From an uncultured virus (IMG/VR IMGVR_UViG_3300032316_001438) (taxonomy: Duplodnaviria > Heunggongvirae > Uroviricota > Caudoviricetes): a stretch of 64,000 bases of DNA. Location: IMG/VR virus record IMGVR_UViG_3300032316_001438; one strand, written 5' to 3'. Position numbers and translations under genes: made by a program. Positions 57,029 through 64,000 of the stretch are shown in pieces (the stretch's first letter is position 1; every line of letters starts with the position of its first letter). Under the pieces are notes generated by a model. The model saw only the letters and a program-made list of their open reading frames with translations. It did not search any database and was not told the origin of the DNA.

Positions 57029-58038
57029 GGTGGGGTGACTAATTTAGAGATCGGACCAAACAGACCAAGTAGTGTGAAATCATACGATAATCCAAAGTAC
57101 CAGGCTTGAGCGTAGACAGGTGTCAAGATGAGCGGGCTGGCATTTGCTTGTGTGAACACCATATTTCCAATATTCAACCTCATGGGTTGAAGAAGCATGC
57201 GAGGTATTCGATGTTCACCATACCAACCATAAAAGGGCGAACGAATACCAATACCGTAGATAAAGTTTCCTGCACCGGATAATTTGGTTACAGGCACTTT
57301 GGTATCTGAATAAATAGTCAACGGTGAGATACCAAAGAAGAGACTAAGCCTCATGGGGACTTCTTTTGTAAACGACTTTATCTTGCCAAGGTCAGCATCA
57401 TAATTGATGGCGGCAAAGTGAAAGTGGACTGATGTGAACCCGACTAAGCCATTAATATTCGGCACGCGAGCGAACCCGAAGTCAGTCTTTAGGTAATCAC
57501 CAATTTTAGTGCGGGTGTAGTTGCTGCGCAGAATCCCGGCGACAAACACGTCTTTTTCATCGTAGAACGAAACCCTAATTACATAAGTAGTATTGGACCT
57601 GAAGTACTGGCTATTTTTATAAAAAGTTTTAGATTTTTTCTCGTCTTTAGGCTTGTAAAGAACTTGATTGTAAAGGACGATCATGTAGAAGGCATCCCCT
57701 TGCCTCTCCCATCTCACTGGTTTTCCCTTGGAATTGTTCCAGATAATAGCCGAATCACTCATGGCATTGTTCCTGTCAAATGAAAGACTTAATCCCTCAA
57801 CCACCATCATGCGTGCATACTTTATTACAACATCTTTCCCGTTTTTGTCTTTTAACTTGGGAAGGTTGTTGATGGTGATGATAGCGGGATTATCGAAGGG
57901 AAAGTCTGACATCGCAAGAGTTGACGCATCCAAATTAACGTTGGTTGCTCCGGAGGCGAAATCAGTTGCGTTAGGTTGGGCATAAGAATTCCCAAAAGAC
58001 AACGCAAAAACAATGAGGGTGATGAGTACATTATTCAT
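57025..58038 (-). CDS. Secreted/outer-membrane hypothetical protein
   Basis: Signal peptide ending SYAQ; amphipathic strands (WYFGLSYDF). Confidence 0.75.
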   Translation of the reverse strand: MNNVLITLIVFALSFGNSYAQPNATDFASGATNVNLDASTLAMSDFPFDNPAIITINNLPKLKDKNGKDVVIKYARMMVVEGLSLSFDRNNAMSDSAIIWNNSKGKPVRWERQGDAFYMIVLYNQVLYKPKDEKKSKTFYKNSQYFRSNTTYVIRVSFYDEKDVFVAGILRSNYTRTKIGDYLKTDFGFARVPNINGLVGFTSVHFHFAAINYDADLGKIKSFTKEVPMRLSLFFGISPLTIYSDTKVPVTKLSGAGNFIYGIGIRSPFYGWYGEHRIPRMLLQPMRLNIGNMVFTQANASPLILTPVYAQAWYFGLSYDFTLLGLFGPISKLVTPP

Positions 58039-58236
58039 AACCAAGTCTTAATCCGCTTGATTAAAAGTAAACCAAAAAATATAAAATTGCAAACACCACT
58101 CTAAACCTTATAGCAAATACGCTTGGCCTCAATTTTATAAATACCTTTCAAAATCATAGATTTGCGAGCGAACGTCCAAAATAAAAGGACAGAAAATTTT
58201 ACGCGGCCCATGCCGGAAAGTTCCAAAAAGGAAAGT

Positions 58237-60339
58237 ATGCCATATATTCCAAACCATATTGCAGAACAAATTAAGGCGGCTGCAGACATATTGGATGTCG
58301 CTTCTGAATTTGTCGATTTGAAAAAAGCGGGAGCCAACTATGTTGGGCTTAGTCCTTTTCAAAAAGAGAACACGCCTAGTTTTAACGTAGTGGTCGCCAA
58401 AAACATATTTAAGGATTTTTCAAGCGGGAAAGGTGGTGACGTTATAGAATTTTTAAAACATGACAGGTTAGATGGTGGCAAAGGGATGGAGTATTATGAG
58501 GCTCTTGAATGGCTCGCGAAAAGATACGCAATAGAGATACCTAGCAACAAGGCCAAGGATCCTGAAAAAGATGAACTTCGCGAAGCCAACAACTTTGCGC
58601 AGCTCTATTTCAGGCTTGTATTATTTGAAAGAGACGAGTATTCCCTGGCCGACAGGTATCTAACTCAGGAGCGTAAGTTTCCAAAAGAGATCATTGAGAA
58701 ATTCCAGATAGGCTATACGATACGAGGCCTTTACGATGGCCTTTTAGATTATGCCAAGCTAAAGAATTTCTCTACGGATAAATTAAAAAAGGCTGGATTA
58801 TTGAAGCAATCTAGTAAGGGTAAGCTCTACGACTTTTTTCGAGGCCGGATAATGTTTCCTATTCACGATGAGGCGGGAAATGTTATTGCTTTTTCAGCAA
58901 GAAAGTTCGATCGCAACGAGTGGCCAGAGCAAGAGCCAGGTTCAGTGAGCAAGAGGGGCAACGTACCATCATGGGATTCGCTATCACCCCAAGAGCAGGA
59001 GCGAAGAAAAAAAGCAAGGGAGGAGGAGGACAAAAAGCTCGCTGAGCAGCCAAAATACATAAACTCTCCAGACAGTAAGATATTCAAAAAGAAGTATGTG
59101 CTGTATGGTATCCACCTTGCTAAAAAAGCAATAAAGGAGAAAAACAATGTTTTCTTGGTAGAGGGTTATACCGATGTGATGGCCCTGCACATGGCTGGAT
59201 ATACAAATACCGTAGCATCCTTAGGAACAGCGGTAACCCCTGAACACGCCACGGTACTGCGAAGCATTACCGATACTATAACGTTTATGATGGACTCGGA
59301 CGCAGCCGGAATCAAGGGTGTGCTTAGGTCTGTGGAATTCTTTCTATCCGGCGGTTTCAAGGTGAAGATAATCATGCTAAGTGGAGCAAAAGATCCGGAC
59401 AGCTATCGCACTGCAAACGGCACGCATGCGTTGAACAGGTACGTTGAGACAGCGGCTCAGGACATTATCATGTTTATGATGAATCACCACATGGCCAAAG
59501 CTGATGTAACGGATCCTCATAGCATCGCGAAGGTTATCAAGGGGGTTGTGTGGATGATTGCTAAAATAAAAGATAAGATTGTTAGAGAGAACTACATAAA
59601 AATGTGTTCTCAGAAAATGGGCGTGACGGAGCTTTCTTTGATGGAAGAAATGGAACAGCAATATGAAGCTCAGAAAAAAGGTATACCAATATTTAAGAAA
59701 CAGGCATTCAGCGCAGTCACCCAATTACCAGCGATCGAAACACGGCCTGCAGGGGAGAAGAGAAAAGAGCTAGTACAAGAACTGGCCGCACAACCAGCTG
59801 AACAGGGAGAGAGAAAGCAAGCAGAGAAAAAACAAGTCGTGGCGCCTCCTTCTATTGATATCATTGAGGACGTGGCAAGGAAGCTTATCAAAATGCTTTT
59901 TAAACTTGACCCCGATATCAGAACGGAGATTCTAGCTCAGTCTATTGGGATGCAAATACCTACCAAGTGGATATCGGTTTGGAAGGCCTTCAAAGAGGAC
60001 CCTACAATTAACATCCAGCAAGTCCATGAGAAAGTTAAGTTGAGCGAAGCTGATCTGGCTTATTTTACTTTATCTAATAGTGAAACGCAAGACCAGCTTG
60101 CCGATCTAGCGCCTAGCGAAGGGGAGAAGGCGATGGGTGGGCATCCAGTGACCAGGCTATTGCTAAACCTGAGGTTAAAAAAGGTGCGGGAGATGATTGA
60201 TTTGAGCAATCAAAATAAAAACAACAATTCTAGCGAACAGCAGAGAGATGCCAGAATGAAAGCGCATTTGGAGCTAAAGAAGATAGAGAGGTCTTTAACA
60301 GCAACACTGAAGGAGTCTATTACGAGTAGGGTTAGGTAA
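58237..60339 (+). CDS. dnaG: DNA primase DnaG
   Basis: GLSPFQKENTPSF...KDFSSGKGGD, DFFRGRIMFPIHD, PKYINSP, VEGYTDV, GTAVT, DSDAAG, DPD; start MPYIPN (alternative 58210). Confidence 0.95.
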   Translation: MPYIPNHIAEQIKAAADILDVASEFVDLKKAGANYVGLSPFQKENTPSFNVVVAKNIFKDFSSGKGGDVIEFLKHDRLDGGKGMEYYEALEWLAKRYAIEIPSNKAKDPEKDELREANNFAQLYFRLVLFERDEYSLADRYLTQERKFPKEIIEKFQIGYTIRGLYDGLLDYAKLKNFSTDKLKKAGLLKQSSKGKLYDFFRGRIMFPIHDEAGNVIAFSARKFDRNEWPEQEPGSVSKRGNVPSWDSLSPQEQERRKKAREEEDKKLAEQPKYINSPDSKIFKKKYVLYGIHLAKKAIKEKNNVFLVEGYTDVMALHMAGYTNTVASLGTAVTPEHATVLRSITDTITFMMDSDAAGIKGVLRSVEFFLSGGFKVKIIMLSGAKDPDSYRTANGTHALNRYVETAAQDIIMFMMNHHMAKADVTDPHSIAKVIKGVVWMIAKIKDKIVRENYIKMCSQKMGVTELSLMEEMEQQYEAQKKGIPIFKKQAFSAVTQLPAIETRPAGEKRKELVQELAAQPAEQGERKQAEKKQVVAPPSIDIIEDVARKLIKMLFKLDPDIRTEILAQSIGMQIPTKWISVWKAFKEDPTINIQQVHEKVKLSEADLAYFTLSNSETQDQLADLAPSEGEKAMGGHPVTRLLLNLRLKKVREMIDLSNQNKNNNSSEQQRDARMKAHLELKKIERSLTATLKESITSRVR

Positions 60340-60548
60340 CTAAGTAAAATATTTTATCCACTATTCCTCCTCCACCAAAAGATTGTCATAGTACTCTCAG
60401 CAAGAAATATCTTAAGCTCATCATGCTGCACATTGGGGAGGTGTTGATTGAAGATCATCCAGAGCATGATGAAGATAGACGTGGCGGTAATCGCATCGGT
60501 ATTGTAGAAAAAAATGGGCGAATAAGGAAATACGCAACGAATTGATAA

Positions 60549-60989
60549 CTACTTAGCAATACACACCGAGTACAGGTCCCCGGCCTCCAAGACATCGAGC
60601 ACAGAGGTTTGAGAGGTGTGGCCCAAGATGATGCTTGACACCCTCACATCATGCTCGAATAAGGCTATAAGCTTTCCGTTTCGAATCACCCAATCACTGT
60701 AGAATGTTCCCTCTGGCTTTTTAGTAGAGTAGGTGATAGAAGATTCTGTTTCACGATACATGACTTGCTTTCCAGCAGAGTCGTTTTCTTTTTCGCTAGG
60801 TATCAGCTCGCAGCGAGCTCTCCAGTCAGCGAACGTTTCTTCGTATTTGTCATAAGCCTCTTGAAGGGAGTCCGCCTCCACTTCACACCATTCCTCCGAG
60901 TCGTTATCGGCCTGTTCAGCGGAACTGAATTGTACAAGTGCCTCTGAATAGTTGGGGTTAGAATGATATCCGATAAAAAATTTCGCCAT
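60549..60989 (-). CDS. Acidic hypothetical protein
   Basis: 146-aa ORF. Confidence 0.7.
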   Translation of the reverse strand: MAKFFIGYHSNPNYSEALVQFSSAEQADNDSEEWCEVEADSLQEAYDKYEETFADWRARCELIPSEKENDSAGKQVMYRETESSITYSTKKPEGTFYSDWVIRNGKLIALFEHDVRVSSIILGHTSQTSVLDVLEAGDLYSVCIAK

Positions 60990-61021
60990 AGAAAATAAAT
61001 TTTGGATTTTGAAACAGAGTT

Positions 61022-61052
61022 AAAAATAAGGGAGAGGAACCACCCTCTCCCT
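61022..61052 (-). terminator. Terminator-like hairpin
   Basis: AGGGAGAGG-AACCAC-CCTCTCCCT; same loop as the 28228 hairpin. Confidence 0.65.
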
Positions 61053-61266
61053 AAAATGCCCTTCGAGGTAACTAATCTCGCAGAACAACGTCAAAACCTA
61101 AACCTTAAAAGAACGATAGTTACAATCATTATTAAAAAGAGAGCAGAGACCTAAACCCCGACCGTCCGGGCGCGTTCTCGAAAAAAATGGCTAAAATCAA
61201 TTAAATTTGGTAAGGTGTTTGCTAACACACACTTGATCTCAAAAAAAAGGATAAAAACAAAGCTAT

Positions 61267-61410
61267 ATGACTAAGCAAAAGACATCAGTACAACAAATTG
61301 AAACTAATTGGAAAAAACCATGGTTCAACTTCGTTTTAGGATTTTTGATGGGGGGTACATGTGTCGCTCTTCTGTTCTTATTATTAGCCGAAAATGGATA
61401 CTTTGGGTAG
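61267..61410 (+). CDS. Small single-TM protein (47 aa)
   Basis: MTKQKTS...WFNFVLGFLMGGTCVALLFLLL... by manual translation. Confidence 0.5.
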   Translation: MTKQKTSVQQIETNWKKPWFNFVLGFLMGGTCVALLFLLLAENGYFG

Positions 61411-61443
61411 TTTCCTGAAGAAGACCACACGTAATACTTTGGC

Positions 61444-61779
61444 CTAGCTCTTTTTATTACATCCAGTTTGTGATTTTCGTGTCAACTCCTCTATTTCCAT
61501 TTGGATAAGATTGACCCTGTTAGATAAGCCCGTAAGTTGAAGCGTATTGTCATTTTGATAACCAACTAACTGACTGCCGTTTTCTAAAAAAATCCAATTT
61601 AGATTAACTTCCAGGCTACCTAACCAGTTGATGTACTCTGTTGGTATATTTTCTCTCTTGTCGTTTTCCAAAAGGCTTATTTCTTTTTGCAGAATTCCGG
61701 TTAACTCTGCCGCCTTACGTTGAGTGAATCCCAACGCTAACCTAACCTTCTTAAGCCTTTCCCCTCTAGTCATAGACAA
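61444..61779 (-). CDS. XRE-family HTH transcriptional regulator
   Basis: RLKKVRLALGFTQRKAAELTGILQKEISLLEN...VNLNWIF. Confidence 0.9.
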   Translation of the reverse strand: MSMTRGERLKKVRLALGFTQRKAAELTGILQKEISLLENDKRENIPTEYINWLGSLEVNLNWIFLENGSQLVGYQNDNTLQLTGLSNRVNLIQMEIEELTRKSQTGCNKKS

Positions 61780-61787
61780 TTAACAAT

Positions 61788-61900
61788 CTAATTTCCTGAC
61801 TCGCTCTTCCTAAAATCCCATGGCGCAACGGGTTAGCATCCTCCGCCCATAGTCCACGCCCCGCGGCCTCAGCCTCTGCCTGCAGCCCGTCAAGAGGAGG
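61788..61900 (-). pseudogene. Frameshifted fragment duplicating the 3' end of the thermonuclease gene
   Basis: LDGLQAEAEAAGRGLWAE.../...VAPWDFRKSESGN* versus LDALQAEAKAAGRGLWADVNPVAPWDYRKSGSGN*. Confidence 0.8.
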
Positions 61901-61994
61901 CTCTGTGGAACTTCGAGCGCACCTATGTAAAACAAAATAAACTTAGAAATAACGAAAAAGCGGTGCCAGTGTATAAAAAAATCTTATCCCTAAT

Positions 61995-62204
61995 TCAATC
62001 GTTTCTAGAAAAATTACTTCTATCACCAGCTAGAAATTTATCAACCGTCTGCCACGATCTATAAAACTCATGCAAAGGTGTTTTCTCATTCACCAGCCCA
62101 TTGACCGTAAATCCCCATACTTCGATTATGCCATCACCCAGCTCAACAAGCTCTCCATCATTGGTTACTATCCATCTTGAAGGAAATGAGTCAGGCATAA
62201 TCAA
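61995..62204 (-). CDS. Small hypothetical protein
   Basis: 69-aa co-oriented ORF. Confidence 0.55.
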   Translation of the reverse strand: MIMPDSFPSRWIVTNDGELVELGDGIIEVWGFTVNGLVNEKTPLHEFYRSWQTVDKFLAGDRSNFSRND

Positions 62205-62219
62205 TATGTCGGTTATACT

Positions 62220-62402
62220 TTAAAATTTATCGACTACTATCGACTCATGGGGATAAGTTAATCTCTGCTGAGACTCTAAAGTGAACGCCTTAGTCGTTAG
62301 ATTCAAAATTAGAGCGCATCCCTCATTAGATTTTTCAAATTTGCTTGACCACTCAGCATATCCAGGTAGATTGGTTATCTCAATATAGGTTAGCTTTTTC
62401 AT
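62220..62402 (-). CDS. Small hypothetical protein
   Basis: 60-aa co-oriented ORF. Confidence 0.55.
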   Translation of the reverse strand: MKKLTYIEITNLPGYAEWSSKFEKSNEGCALILNLTTKAFTLESQQRLTYPHESIVVDKF

Positions 62403-62477
62403 TTAGTTATCAATTAAGAACAAATTTACGCCAAACATATATATCGCTACTGAGAGCCGCCCAACTACCACTAATAA

Positions 62478-62954
62478 TTAATTTCCAGACCCACTCTTGC
62501 GGTAATCCCAAGGCGCAACCGGATTAACGTCTGCCCACAGCCCACGCCCCGCGGCTTTGGCCTCCGCCTGGAGAGCATCTAGCGATGCATCAGTAGAATA
62601 TCGCTTGTAGTGCCATGCGAGCCCGGCTCGGACCAGCTCTCGGTTGAGCGACGAGCCATCCGGCAGCGTGACGAAGGCGACCTTGCGGCCATACTTATCA
62701 GTGTCGGTGATGCGAAGCGTGATGGTCTGACCAAAGCATTTTAAGGAGGTGAACTCTTTGGCCTTCTGGCCGTAGGCCTGCGACTTTTCAGGCGCATCGA
62801 TCGAGGCCAGGCGCACGCGCGTCTCCACTCCATCGAGAATGACTTTGATCGTGTCTCCATCGGAGACGGCTACGACTTTGACTACATCTGTTTTCTGCTC
62901 GGGCGCAAAGGAGCAAAGAAGGATCAGCGCAAAAAGGGCAAACACATTTTTCAT
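62478..62954 (-). CDS. Thermonuclease (SNase-like) with signal peptide
   Basis: VSDGDTI, VRLASIDAPE, DKYGR, GLAW, GRGLW. Confidence 0.95.
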   Translation of the reverse strand: MKNVFALFALILLCSFAPEQKTDVVKVVAVSDGDTIKVILDGVETRVRLASIDAPEKSQAYGQKAKEFTSLKCFGQTITLRITDTDKYGRKVAFVTLPDGSSLNRELVRAGLAWHYKRYSTDASLDALQAEAKAAGRGLWADVNPVAPWDYRKSGSGN

Positions 62955-63048
62955 AGTTTAAAAAATTTAGTAAAAGTTATTGTTGTGATAAAGTATTACA
63001 GAATGGGAAAAAGTGAAAAAGATGATAGAAATATTTTTTAGAACAATG

Positions 63049-63372
63049 TTAAACTCTAATCTCTTGCGTGTGGAACAGAAGCTCATTGTCTGCCGGGTTC
63101 CAATCTTGCTCATTAGCGATATTATCAGCCCTGTCTTTATCGGTCACAGATTCATACTCGTTACGGTACCGGTACTCGAAGTCCTGAAACGCCTGGAGAT
63201 ATTCCTCCATGGTTTCTTCTTTCTTTGCGGCTCTGAACCCAAAATCTTCGTGAAGTGTCGATTTAAGTTTTTCAAATGCTTCATCTCTTTGAGGGGTGAC
63301 AAAAGGCTCATTCTCGTTGATTAACCCAGACCAAACGTGAAGAATAACCCATACTGATATTGCCTTTTTCAT
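63049..63372 (-). CDS. Acidic hypothetical protein
   Basis: 107-aa co-oriented ORF. Confidence 0.7.
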   Translation of the reverse strand: MKKAISVWVILHVWSGLINENEPFVTPQRDEAFEKLKSTLHEDFGFRAAKKEETMEEYLQAFQDFEYRYRNEYESVTDKDRADNIANEQDWNPADNELLFHTQEIRV

Positions 63373-63405
63373 AGTTGATTGTTTAATGTGAAACCACTTT
63401 TGGAA

Positions 63406-63642
63406 TTAATTCAGCCTACCTATTTCCTTCTCAGCCCTACGCTGCTCAAAGTCGCGGGCGATCAAATCATAAATCACCTGTCGATCTGTATCACAAGGGA
63501 TATACTTAAGCAGCGCCCTGTCAAGCTCATACTTAGACTTTCTCACCGTGTTTACAGGGTTATTCCTGGAGCCCTCTACGGAAACATAAACCACTCCACA
63601 AACATCACTCTCTGAATTAGGGACAACCATAGTTAAGCTCAT
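63406..63642 (-). CDS. Small hypothetical protein
   Basis: 78 aa; variant motif ~50 nt upstream. Confidence 0.6.
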   Translation of the reverse strand: MSLTMVVPNSESDVCGVVYVSVEGSRNNPVNTVRKSKYELDRALLKYIPCDTDRQVIYDLIARDFEQRRAEKEIGRLN

Positions 63643-63654
63643 AAAACAAATTTA

Positions 63655-63990
63655 TTAAATAAGACTAACCACAAACAAAGCAACCACAACTGCGACCGAC
63701 ACCCCGCAATACCTCGCTACAAGTTCACGCCCACGCTCCGAGCTACTGGTGGGTCCGCAACCTTCTTTTGTTGGGTGATCGTAGAACCCCAGCTTGAGAG
63801 CTTCTATATCTCGCGCAGCATGGAATGGTACCAACGGACCCTGGTGGCCTGAAGGGCGCTTGCAATACTGGCCGGCCTTCGCGTGGCAGTCCGGGCATTC
63901 GACTTCAAAGACCGGATCTTGCCGAAATTCATGTTGACAGCTATTACAAGTAGTTGGAACATTTGGCTTCGATGCCGGATAAAAACTCAT
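63655..63990 (-). CDS. Zinc-finger hypothetical protein
   Basis: CNSC, CPDC...C...H...HAAR. Confidence 0.7.
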   Translation of the reverse strand: MSFYPASKPNVPTTCNSCQHEFRQDPVFEVECPDCHAKAGQYCKRPSGHQGPLVPFHAARDIEALKLGFYDHPTKEGCGPTSSSERGRELVARYCGVSVAVVVALFVVSLI

Positions 63991-64000
63991 TGCGGAAATA

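Larger units (their letters stand above)
3681..58179. promoter_or_regulatory. Dispersed motif ACGTCCAA just downstream of TAnnTTTG-type -7 boxes
   Basis: Gene-sense copies at 3681(-), 3795(+), 9460(-), 9580(+), 11277(-), 13740(-), 20818(-), 56019(-), 58172(+); variants at 14315(+), 17157(+). Confidence 0.85.
26016..63698 (-). promoter_or_regulatory. Dispersed polar motif GGRCGGTCGG(G)TTT, about 21 copies upstream of leading-region genes
   Basis: CCGACCG on + strand at 26016, 26306, 27932, 28722, 30459, 32101, 32690, 33939, 34721, 35366, 38813, 39830, 43427, 44581, 45428, 47439, 55092, 61158; variants at 31428, 50113, 63692. Confidence 0.9.

Noticed and set aside
26016..61167. CGGTCGG sites as Frpo-type hairpin promoters or classical attC sites
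   Set aside because: No long flanking inverted repeats, no RYYYAAC/GTTRRRY boxes and no integrase in the window; recombination kept only as an alternative hypothesis
25331..64000. Prophage
   Set aside because: Many phage-like small genes but no terminase, capsid, tail, lysis or integrase genes; context fits a conjugative leading region

Overview
This window is part of a large Bacteroidota conjugative element. Plasmid versus ICE cannot be resolved because no integrase or Rep is recognisable here; the host assignment rests on CTn-type tra genes, TAnnTTTG promoters and a Bacteroidota-type DnaG. Positions 1-25 kb are the transfer/maintenance backbone: TraG/VirB4, TraF, TraE, a 1432-aa TOPRIM protein, SF2 helicase, a catalytically degenerate DnaQ-like protein, the coupling protein, ParAB with a candidate centromere, a MOBP-type relaxase and an accessory protein. 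The probable oriT is at about 25.0-25.3 kb. From 25.3 to 64 kb roughly 80 mostly small genes are almost all transcribed toward oriT, as expected for a leading region. They include two SSBs, two orphan DNA methyltransferases, a stand-alone MutS domain I, YubB-like, ASCH, HNH, DUF1643, MazG-like, AAA ATPase, a TnpB-only IS, DnaG and a thermonuclease. The strongest candidate for a new system is a strand-polarised motif, GGRCGGTCGG(G)TTT, found about 21 times roughly 30-80 nt upstream of leading-region gene modules. One copy precedes a divergent ECF-like sigma factor that is the gene nearest oriT, suggesting an element-encoded establishment regulon. A second motif (ACGTCCAA) marks the predicted start sites of housekeeping-type backbone promoters. 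Other notable features are an 8/4 tRNA-like RNA, a cluster of DnaA boxes with host-type parS sites beside oriT, and 22-bp periodic arrays flanking the C5 methyltransferase. All family assignments come from motif recognition by eye, not database searches.
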